A DNA stretch of 63,098 nucleotides, filler included, from Reticulomyxa filosa (lineage: Eukaryota > Protista > Foraminifera), in assembly GCA_000512085.1 (NCBI GenBank). It is 12 parts of 12 records of this genome, joined end to end, with 100 filler letters (N's around TTAATTAATTAA, not from the genome) between each part and the next. Parts side by side here need not be neighbours in the genome. Positions count along the whole stretch, not along the records: positions 1 to 4,766 come from ASPP01007977.1; positions 4,867 to 17,620 come from ASPP01012632.1; 10 more parts are not named here. One strand, given 5' to 3'. A program made the position numbers and the translations under genes. Of the stretch, positions 1 to 10,782 are shown one piece after another (the first letter of the stretch is position 1; every line of letters begins with the position of its first letter). Under the pieces are notes generated by a model. That model was not told the DNA's origin. It saw only the letters and a program-made list of their open reading frames with translations, and searched no databases.

Positions 1-674
1 TATCTACCACCATTAAATGATGAAAATTCAATACAACCAACCCAACCAGTGTGTTCATTGAATATTTGTAATTGTTGATTTTCTTTGAAATCCCAAAAAC
101 GAATGGTTTTGTCCCATGATGAAGAACAAATAACACTACCACGATTGTTATGATAATGATATTTTGAAAATTTCACACAATACACATAACCTGAATGTCC
201 ATTGAATAATTGAATTTGTTTGTTAGTATCTACATCCCATACACGAACTGTTCCATCATATGATACAGAACAAATGAATTGACTGCTATTGAATGTTGAA
301 TAATCAATACTACATACAGACATAGTGTGTCCAGTGAAAGTCTTGAGTAATTTGGATGATGAAAGAAACGTATCAAACATGAAGAATTTAGTTGCCTGCA
401 TTAAATTGTCGACATAAACAAAGACAATAAATAAATATTTGTAATTAAATAAAACAAAAAAAAATAAACTTAACATATTTAACAACAAGTCTGTCGAAAT
501 CCTGGATCCATCCTAATTTAATGTTTGATATTCGAATCCAGTGCTGGATAATTTTTTGGGTCTCGTCTTCTAACTGATTCAGTTGCAAGTACAAGTCACA
601 TACAAGAAAAAACCTAAAGATGCCAGCTCCGAAAAGATTGAAAAGAAACTCACAAATGATAGTTGCTTTGACAT
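1..674 (-). CDS. WD40-repeat protein of an expanded family (5' part; runs off the window start)
   Basis: Manual splicing: ATG 674 MSKQLSF, intron, exon 573-475 LEDETQKIIQHWIRISNIKLGWIQDFDRLVVKY, intron, then ATKFFMFD...GHTMSVCSIDYS...DGTVRVWD...GHSGYVYCVKFS...DKTIRFWD: clear GH...WD repeats. Absent from the ORF track because it has no stop in the window. Confidence 0.9.
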
Positions 675-3576
675 TTGTTCTTTATTTTTCTTCTTGGGCT
701 TTTCTTAGATGATGTAAGATGAACTTTTTTATTCAAAATCAACGAAGGGAGTAAAAATATCAATGTAGTTAAGACTAGTATGGTGGATTATTGCACTTTC
801 TTGTTAAATATACGCTCTCAATTAAAATATTTCATTAAGGCAAAAAGTATCACCATTTTGAGTCTGAAAACTAAAAGTCTTAATGTGTAAATACACCCAA
901 GTCAGGAAAGGTTTGTATTCCAGAAGTAAGCACTTTGTGATATCATCCTATCTATTTGATCACATTTCGGAAGATAACTCAAATAACATTTGAAACTCAC
1001 GAAGTTGTCCGAAATACTTGCTCGCCAATCACAACATTAAAAAAGAAAAATTGTTGATAAAAATGAGAAAAACATTGTTGATTTGTAATTATGTTTATAG
1101 TTTGTTAGCTGTGTGAAAAAAAAATATTGTAGAAGAACATGCGATAAGTTAAAAGAGCCTATGAATGGACTATCAATCCAAAAATAAATAGCTGAACTTC
1201 TTTTGTTTTGTTCTTTTTTATGTCACAATTGTAGTTTTTTAATAGGTATCCATAGGTAAAACAATTGACAAAAAATTTTAGTAATTGTGATATTATAAAA
1301 AAACACGAAACTGTCACTTGGCGCAAATGAAATTCATCACAAAAATAACATTTTCCTGAGATTCGAAACCAAAAGTGGGAGCAACGTGACAAAAGACTTT
1401 TGTTTGAAAGAAACTTGTTATCTTTTCATTTCTCATTTTTCAAGTGGATACAAGCAATCCTATACCATTATACAAAAAAATGATAACACGAATTTAATTA
1501 AAAAAATATTTGTTGGAAAAAAAGAAAACGAGTGTTAAACAGAAAGGAAACCTTTCAGGGGTGAACTTTTTTGTTGTCAAACTTTGTTTGTTTTCTAATT
1601 TTCTTTCTAATTGTATTTTCTTTTTTTGAACGATGATCACCTGCGACGTAACGATATCAAGAAAGAAAAAATTGCGTCAGTTGATGATATTGTTCGGTGA
1701 ACTTTGTAACAGGTAAAAAAACCATGCACAAACTTGTGATGATTGTAAAACTTACAAATAAAACAAAATGAACAACTTTGAAATTCGTAGAAATTATGTT
1801 TATGTCAAAAAAAACTACGCGAAATCTTTTTTTTAAATCTGACTATGTTTTTATTGTAAAAAAAGATTGCGTCGAAATGGATATGACAAAAAAAAAGAAA
1901 TGTACTGAAATAGAAAAAAATAGATTTGGTGATTAGATTACTGTATTCCAGTGATTCTTCCTTTTCATGTGGTTAAGTGGCTCATTGTATGTCCTTGTGA
2001 TTCTTCTTCATTGGATTGACTATTTTTTTTAATGTGTTTTATTTTGTACATGTTGTGTTCCAGTTGCTCGTCCTTGCATCATTGTCATTCTTCTTCGCGT
2101 GGTTTATGTGGCTCTTTTTCCTGTGCATATATTGCTTTTCCATATTATATTCTTTTTACTGCTATCCAGTATTGTCTTGCAGTTCTCATTATATACTTGT
2201 TTATTTCCTTGTATCCAACAGTTGTTGTTCATGTAATTCCTGCTAACTCTACTTCAATGTTATGTGGAGATGTACTTGTGACGAAATATTGTCGCTTATT
2301 TATAATCATACTCATCCAAAATGATTAAGTGTGCAATATGCAATTCAAATAAAATTGTTGAATTTGTGACAGTGTTCAAGTTATGAGTTATTGCAATGCG
2401 AGTGCAGTGATTGGACTAAACAATTATCGTATATGCAAAAAAAATAGCTGCTTTGCAAGTAAACGTATTATTACATTACTAATATTTAAAAATCTAATTT
2501 GCTGTACAATATCAATGCAAACGCATAATTGTCTTGTAATCTTTACATATAATATTTATTCGATCATGTGATATTCTCTATAATCAGAAATGAAGTCGTC
2601 TTGTATTCTAATCTTGTTGATTTTGAAGTTAAAGAAAATATAAGTATCCGCAAATGGATTCAAATATAATATATCGATGCAGTTGTTCTACTCAATACTG
2701 TTTGTAGAACCTTTGAAAAACTTTGTTCATCATCAAAGTTCATTCGTTCCATTGGAAAGTGGTTGGACATATACTTAGTTTATTTATTTTTCTGCACTAG
2801 ACAATGCTTTTGGATTTCATATGTTATAATTCTACACAACAAAAAAAACTTAAACTATTTTTTCAAATATGAAAATTTATCATTACAAAATAATAATTTT
2901 TTAAATCACAAATATGACAGTTATTATTTTAAAAAAGTTTGTACATATGTAATTTTTCGGGACCATCATACATATATTTACATTTCAAAATTGAACTTAT
3001 TGTCGTATATTTAGAAAAAACTGTTACTAGAGTCAATCGAGTTTTATTTTATATGTTTATTTTTTTCGATAGATTGCACACATAAACGAAATGAACGTAC
3101 ATAACATTATCGTCTTATGTATATTATATTTTTTATTTTAAAAAAAGAAAAAATAGTTTGTAATAAGATTTTTTGACAATATGAAATGGTGTCTAGAGCT
3201 TCTCATAACAAATGAGACAAGCAGTACAATATCAAAACTTGCGAGAAATGCATTGCATATCAACACATATTTATGTTATTCTCAGTTTGTGCAATGAATG
3301 GAACTTTTGTATTCGTCTTTCAATTTTTTTTTGGACGTGATGGCTTTTTTTAGTTTCACTTTTTTCTTGAACAACTTGTCAAATTTTGAAGATACTTCAC
3401 GTTTGACTAGATGTACCCTACACCTTTGATTGGTTTTGGTTTCTCCAATTCTACTGATAGTATAGAGAAAATTAATGATTTTGTTTAAGTGTGAAATATG
3501 TAAGCATTGAAAAAAAGAATAAAAGAGTACGTTATGAATGAACACAATCAAAGTGAAAAATAGGAGATGAAATCAT

Positions 3577-3904
3577 CTAAATGGACAACACAGTAATTTT
3601 GTCTCCAAGCAATGTTTTGAGCTGTTTGTAGATGTTATCAATCTCAAGCAAAAAAGTTTTTCTTTCGGAATCTCCTTTTTTCCTCTTATCATAATAATAT
3701 TTTTCATCCATAAAATGTCCATAGTACAAATCTAAGGCCTTACACAATATGGTCAAAACCGCACTTTTCACACTTGTAAATTTTGATTGAGACTTTACCT
3801 TTGTTTTTTCGTTGTGAAAGAATAATTTGTTATCCGTTGTGTCACTGCATTCGTCGACAGTATTATGCATATATTTTTGTTCATCGTTATTATCATCATT
3901 ATTG

Positions 3905-3946
<42 letters not shown>

Positions 3947-4739
3947 GTGTTATTGACCTCATTAACATTGTCCTGAATTGATTCCACCTTAATTTTTTTT
4001 ATAGCGACGTCAGTTTGTTCGACGCACATTTTAGCCAAGCGAGTGGCATACGGCAAGAGCAAGGTTTCCATGGCAGCAGGCCCCATCCCCATACATAAAG
4101 CCAGGACGCCACAGAGGGCATCAGTGACCCCAATGCCGCCATGACTGGAAGTGCGCCCGGTGGTATCGCAGGCAGAAGTAATAAGCAGGGAGCACTTGGG
4201 CACGACATACTTCTTTTCAAACCTGTCGACGAAATGTTTGGAAAGGCTGTTGCGATCCTGCTTGTATTGATCAACGACATCAATGAGCAAGTCGCAGGCT
4301 TGTAAGCGAAGGTCGACCACAGTTTCGTGGAATATGGTTGTCGTGGAGCCGTAGTAGTGTTCAATTGCAATGAACAACAGCGTCTGCAGGAAATACTTGG
4401 CAATGGCGTGGTCGCCAAAAATGTGCCAATTGCGAAACATTTTGCCATGGACGTCGTCGTGAAGTAGCACTTGACACACGTCTAAGATGTGACGATACAT
4501 GTCCATTGTGTCCATTGCACTGCTCTTTTCCGAGGAGTGCACCTGTCCGTGCATCCAGCGAATCAAATGCGGAATGGACATGTGAATACCCAGATCGGGT
4601 CTGCTCAATACGCACATCATCGATTCAATCCTTGGCGTGTCATTCAGCGTCATCGCGACCTTGAACAACTCACAAAACATCTCTTCCTCTTTCGAAACAA
4701 ATATATTCATCTTCACTCCACGTTCGCCTCTGGCATGGC
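3577..4739 (-). CDS. TAF6: Divergent TFIID subunit TAF6, C-terminal HEAT-repeat region (3' exon; 5' end lost at contig break)
   Basis: VSKEEEMF...DLGIHMSIPHLIRWM matches SKELQLYF...DPGLQQLLPYFVQFI; DLRLQACDLLIDVVDQY matches ALRDFAASLLAHICRKY; ALCGVLALCMGMGPAAMETLLLPY matches THYGAIVGLSALGPEAVRALLLP (recalled TAF6_C consensus). Poly-Asn tail. Confidence 0.65.
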
Positions 4740-4766
4740 TTTTTATATATATATATATATATATAT

Positions 4767-4866
4767 NNNNNNNNNNNNNNNNNNNNNNNNNNNNNNNNNN
4801 NNNNNNNNNNTTAATTAATTAANNNNNNNNNNNNNNNNNNNNNNNNNNNNNNNNNNNNNNNNNNNN
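4767..4866. other. Artificial contig-joining spacer (N44-TTAATTAATTAA-N44)
   Basis: Identical 100-nt spacer with stops in all six frames. Also at 17621-17720, 27495-27594, 31920-32019, 35204-35303, 36985-37084, 39454-39553, 40684-40783, 55432-55531, 57505-57604 and 61425-61524. Confidence 0.98.
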
Positions 4867-5192
4867 AAAAAAAAAGTTATTAAAAAATCAACATCATATT
4901 TAAAAACTACAAGATTTGTAGATATTTTTAAAAAAAAAATTAGGTCTGAATGTTGATTTTTCATTGATAAAATCAATTATCATCATAAGATATGTTTTAG
5001 GCGTTCAGTTTTCTTTGCAACATACTGTAAAAAGAGCTGGTTTTTTCTTGCTATACAAAAAACACTATTCAAAGTTGAAACGCTTTTTCTAAATAATTAA
5101 AAAATAGGCAAAATTACTTTGTAAAAAAAATGATTTTGTTGCAACAAAACAATTCATATCAATTGTTTATAGCAATTAAATGTCTTTATGTT

Positions 5193-7237
5193 TCACCATC
5201 GCCCCCACAGTCGAATTGTTTTGTCATTGGCACATGAAACAATGGTATTACCATCTGCGGATATATCCACTTGTATAACCGGACCAGAATGTCCATACAA
5301 TGTTTGTAGTTCCGTTTTTGCTTTTACATCCCATAATCGAATAGTACTATCATCAGAACATGACACAAGAGTTTGGCTATCTGGTGAAAATTTCGCATCT
5401 GTCACAACATTGGAATGCCCTTGCAAGAGTGTCAATTCTTTGTCAAATGTTACATTCCATATTCTGATAGTATTATCCATTGAATAAAAGACAGCAGACC
5501 GACCATCTGATGAAAACGTCACATCATCTGTAAGGTCAATGTGGCCCGTAAGTTTTGTTATTTCTTTTCCAGGTTCCGAATCCCGTAATTTATCCAGTGT
5601 GTCAATTGTGATAATCTCTTTGTCTAGTGATAATTGATCATCCGCTGCTTTTTCAATACATAGTTTCAAAGTGCCCGATTTCACATCCCATATTCGAGTA
5701 GTCCCGTCAACTGATGACACAACAATTTGGCTGCCATCTTTTGAGAATTTCACATTTCTAACGCTAGTAGAATGTGCTTGTAAAACTTTTAACGGTTTGA
5801 AATATTTCATCTATTTGTTCGAAGGCTATGAGTTTGCCAATACAAAAACAAGTCAAGTCATAGACAAGTAAAAAATTACCATAGTGTATCGCAAAATGAT
5901 TTCATCAAACTCGTTGATCCACCCCACGCCAAGAGACAATGCACACAGCCAATGTTGTATAATTATTTGAATCTGTTTTTTTCTCTTTTTTTTTTTTTTT
6001 TTTTTGTTATTATTTGTTGATGCAATGCGCTGTAGGGTAATTTGTTACAATTCGAAAAAAATATAAAAAAAAATAAAAAAAATTCAACTTTCAAATTTTG
6101 AATATTAAAGTTTTGTTTCATTTCGTCAATATAAGCTTTAATATCTTCAATCTCTTGCCTCTCTTCTTCATCGAGAATCCATTGTCTCTCACTTGTTGTC
6201 TCTTCTTTCATCCACGTGGCCACACTAGTCTTCAAGTGTGTGGATAATTCAGTATTGCTTTCATCTCTACCTCCAAGAATATGCACACATGTATTGTCAG
6301 CGTTCAATAATGCGGCAGCTCCCCACAACGAAATAGGCAGGCCAAGCTCAGATTGCATCCATTGATCCTCTTTAATGAAATATTTGTACACAAGCTTAGA
6401 AATGGAATAACCACATCCACCAAATAACAAAATGACATCATTCACTTGTACATATGCATAATATTTGAATGGTCGAATTGTTGTACAAACTCGTAACTTC
6501 TGAAATTCAAATGTGTTATTGTCTTCATCATATTCAATTGAAAATCCTATGTCTTTGCAAAATAACATCATTTCATACTTCCTTTCTTTGCTTGCTGATA
6601 ATTGATTGCCATTTTTTGACACAAAACAGTGATAAGATATCCACTTGGCCTCAACTGGTATATTATCGTGTTTGAGGTATTTACACGTATTCAAATCAAA
6701 TACATCAATATTGCTTGGATAATATGTGATAAATAGCAAATGATTCTTGCTTCCACCAATTAACCCACGAACTCCACAATATTCATCCTGCATTCGACCG
6801 ATGCTAATTACCTCATTATTGTTACCAATGAAAGGAAGCCATTCATTTATGCCTGAATTTTCACTTTCTACTTTTTTTTCTTCATTGTTCCAAACACTCA
6901 AATATTTCATCACAAATGTGTGCTTTTTTTCATTTTTATATTGCCCGCCAAAACACAACAAAGTAATCGTATTTGGATCATCGCCGTTCAGATATTTCAC
7001 CACACAGTGTCCTTCTAATTCAATATTATCTGGATATGAACAAATGAACTTGTACTGATTTTTTGTTGTATGATAGGAATAGCATGCACTTTTATAAAAG
7101 CCCCCACAAATTAGGATCTCGTCGTTGTAAGTCACACACTGGCCCTCCGAAATTGATTTTGGCAAAGAAGCCAGCGCTGAAAAAGGGGCATTTGCGTCTG
7201 TATTCACATTTTCCTTTGTTTCATTATTTGGGTTCAT
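5193..7237 (-). CDS. Kelch-like propeller + linker box + WD40 repeat fusion protein (3 exons: 7237-6089, 5984-5880, 5810-5193)
   Basis: Exon 1 has Kelch-type GG motifs (ILICGG, LLCFGG, ILLFGG, HILGG). Exon 2 is RKKQIQIIIQHWLCALSLGVGWINEFDEIILRYTM. Exon 3 has WD40 repeats (GHSNVVTDAKFS...TIRLWD). Both introns are GT-AG, phase 0 and in frame. Confidence 0.85.
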
Positions 7238-7544
7238 TCTACTCCTTCAAATATACTGATGATATTAGATTTTTTTCAAAAAAATGTAAGTTGAAGTCAC
7301 TCAGTGCGTTTTGTGTTTCTTTGCGTCTTTTTTGGATCAAAATTCTGCTAATTTTCAAATCTAAAACGGCTATTTCTCCATTATTTCAATTGTCATATGT
7401 CATTGATCTGTCCCCATTATTGGAAAAGAGAAAGTTGTGCAATGTTCATATATCAACAATGACAAGAAAAGTTTTTTTTATAAAATTTATTTTAAAAAAG
7501 GAGTGTTAATTCACAGCAGCGGCAAGTATGGAAAAACTGAGAAT

Positions 7545-10246
7545 TTACTTTTTCAAAGTAGCAGTATGGAAGAGATTTCTTCCGGCAAAGGCATTTAAGC
7601 TTTCGAGGGGAGGAACAGTACCACCTTTTGCTAAGACATGGGATTGAAGTTTTTCCCCATGCTGTCTGCAAAAAGTTCTGTATTCTTTGAAATTCAATTT
7701 TTTGCCCTCTTTTTCGTACTTACCAAAAGTCTCTGGCCAGATTTCTTTCACCAATTCGGCGGCCATGATATACGAATAATACTTGCTGGGGTAATCGATG
7801 AAATGCAAGTGCCGGGACATCTTCAGCAAATACGAGGAGAGCAGTTTGTCTTCCTGTTCCGAGTCAGTGGCACCAAGAACTTTGGCAAAGGGCCGATAAA
7901 CTTCTCGGAACAGTTCTTGCGTGCTTTGTTGTTGCAGCGACGTGTTACCAAATAGTCTTACATCCCACAAGGCATGATACATTTGTTCCATGGAATACAA
8001 TGGATGAAATCCCGGATGTTCTAATTTCTGTATAACATATCAAATGAAAATGGAGAACATTATATACATATATATATGTATGTATATATATATGTATATA
8101 TATATATAGATAATGTTGGAAGCAACATTCAAAACCTGTAAATAAGTAGCAAACATTTCATCAGTCAATTTTTTTTCGACTTTGTTTCCGTTGGGTCCAG
8201 TCATTGGAATGGTCGATGCTCCGTCCAAAATGACATTTTTCACAAACAAACAATCAAAGCCGAATTTTTCCATCAAAGTGCTTGGGAACTCCAAGTACTC
8301 GAAACACAAGGAGCGAGGGCCAGACAAGGTTTGATATTGCGTTTCGGACAAGACATAGTGCAAGGCATGTCCAAATTCGTGGAGCAGCTGTTTGGTCCAA
8401 TGCGAGTGTGTGACAACCCATTGTCGACTGTCATCATCATCATCATCATCATTGTCGTCGTTATCACGTTTATTCTTTTTGCCACTCCTTGCCATTCCAC
8501 CGTGCTTGTCCATGTCCCATTTCAGCGATATGACCACACAAGGGATTTGACGAGAAGGGCCCGTCGGTCCCTCTTCGTCCACATAAGCACAACGAATGGG
8601 AAACGTCTCCACCGTTTTGCCGCTGCGGTCGAACAAGTCTACATAGATCACACCCACCAGAGTGTTGTCCACAGGCTTGCGCAGTTCCAATTTCCAAATC
8701 GATGTTTTGGCATTACTTTCAATATCAAATGGTACCCATAATTCCTCGGATTCTAAATGATATTATATGTATATACATATATATATGTACATATATATAT
8801 ATATATATGTTTATGTTTGATAGATTATTCAAAACAAAACAAAAAAAAAAATTAAAAACCAACCAACCAATAGGAACTCTTTGCAATTCCAAATCGAAAC
8901 AGATATCAACCAAACGAACTAGCGATTGAAACACGTGATCCAATGTCAAATGGTTGTCGATGAACTGATGGAAGTCCCTCAAGGCTGGATTTTTTGACGA
9001 GTGCTCCAATTGTTGCAAGCGCTTCAAAAACGTGAGATCCCACGCTTGGATGCTTCGAACATCGGAGACTAAGTCCTCGCAGCATTTGTTCTTCAGCCGC
9101 TTCAAGTCTTCGCACACATGTTCACAGCTGGGCTTCAACAGCGATATGCGCTCTCTCAAATACTCTTCAATGTCCTCGCAACGTCCCAACATGCTGTTGC
9201 GGGCTTGCAGTTCGCTGAATGACTTGAATCCCAAACATGTTGCATACGTGTGGCGGCTTGCACGAAGTCTACATGCGCACATGCAAACATGTACAAAGAA
9301 TATTCCTTCTCTACTTTTTTTTTTTTTTGGAGAAGGAGGAGGGAGGGGGAGGGGGGGGGGGGGGGGGAGGGGAACACATACAAAAGCAATAACAAAGCTT
9401 TTGTAAAGTGTCAAATCGCAGTGAAGAACCGGCATAGAATTTTTCGAAAATTTCTTTTCGTTTTGTTTCGGAAGTCCAGTTGTTCATGGCCATAGAAAAC
9501 GTTTGATAATTGACAGGAATGACTTCGACAGTCGGCGAAGCTTGCTTGGTCGCAGAGTAGCGTGAGTGTTTTTTCGGAATCACAGGCGCTGTCACTTGTT
9601 CCGGGGCTATCTCATGACATTGACTATTGAATTCATTTTCCAACGCAAAGATTTGCGCTTGTATCGTTTTTATTTCGTCTTCGATTTTTGCATATGTTGT
9701 TTCATTATTATTATTATTGTTATTATTATTATTGTTGTTGGATGCCAATAATGCAGCACATCCTCGAAACTGTAACTCCCTTATCGATGACTGGATTATC
9801 TCTCTTTCCTCTTGTGTCCATTCGCTTGGGTTGCTTTGTGCTTTCCGCTCCAACTCTATCAACAGTTGGTATATACTTGGGTCGTTGTTCAGCTTGTCCA
9901 TGTACCTCTGCAACTCCGTCACACCCTCCATTGCCTCTGATTTTGCCGACATGTCGCTGTGCAGTCGACTACATGCTATCAACGGGTCTACCGTCGCGCA
10001 CAATGTGCTCGAAATTTTGTCCAGAAGTTTCAGCGTGTTTCGGTTCACCCCCTTCCCATCTTTCAACGCCTGTGACAACAACGTATTGCTTTTCGTCAAT
10101 GTTTGCTTCACTAACGTTGCAATATCATGTTTCGAAGTTAAGTTGCGTACGCCGAACATCAAAATGCCAAATGATTGATTTGAACTTTTTTTTTTTAAGT
10201 TGATTCCTCGAGGAATACTAAGAGCCGAAACACAAATACTAGACAT
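7545..10246 (-). CDS. MIPEP: Mitochondrial intermediate peptidase / M3A metallopeptidase (4 exons)
   Basis: LLHEFGHALHYVLSETQYQTLSG...EFPSTLME (HExxH plus downstream E); YVDLFDRSGK; HFIDYPSKYYSY; VLAKGG. N-terminus MSSICV... has no acidic residues, like a presequence. Exons approx 10246-9399, 9268-8868, 8752-8136, 8027-7545. Confidence 0.88.
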
Positions 10247-10782
10247 ATCCACAAATGAAAGCAAATAAAAAAGTTCATGTTCGATTTGTTTACTTTGTTG
10301 CTGTATAAATAATCTCAAAATTTTTTAACGTTTTTTTAATTCTATATCATTTCAAGATAAGATTAAAAAATTGTGACATTTCCATTTAAATTTAACATTT
10401 GCGTCTATTTTTTTTAAGTTTTGATGGAAAGAAATGAAACAAAATATATCTGTTCCTAATATAGATTGATTGCGTGAAATAACGGTAAAAAATCAACTTA
10501 AGGAAAAAACAAACACAGAAGATATTTGTATAAAAAACTTTGACAGAAAGATCCACCAATAAAATTAAAACAATCTCACCAAAACGTAAAGAAATAAGAC
10601 CTGAATAAAAAAAGAAAAAAAAACACAATTAAAATAAAAACAAGACAAAGAAAAGATACACCAACAAAAATTTGGATTTGTTTGGTACTTTTTTCCTTGT
10701 TTGTTTGTCTAATAAAAAAAATTAAAATCACGAAAAAAAAAAAAAACCCCTTTGAGAATTATCACAAAGATTAGTCAGTTGT

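Noticed and set aside
1930-2780. Coding-like decayed sequence on the minus strand and Cys-rich plus ORFs (2016-2328)
   Set aside because: Stops in all frames and no recognisable motif. Possibly an old pseudogene or element, but it cannot be supported.
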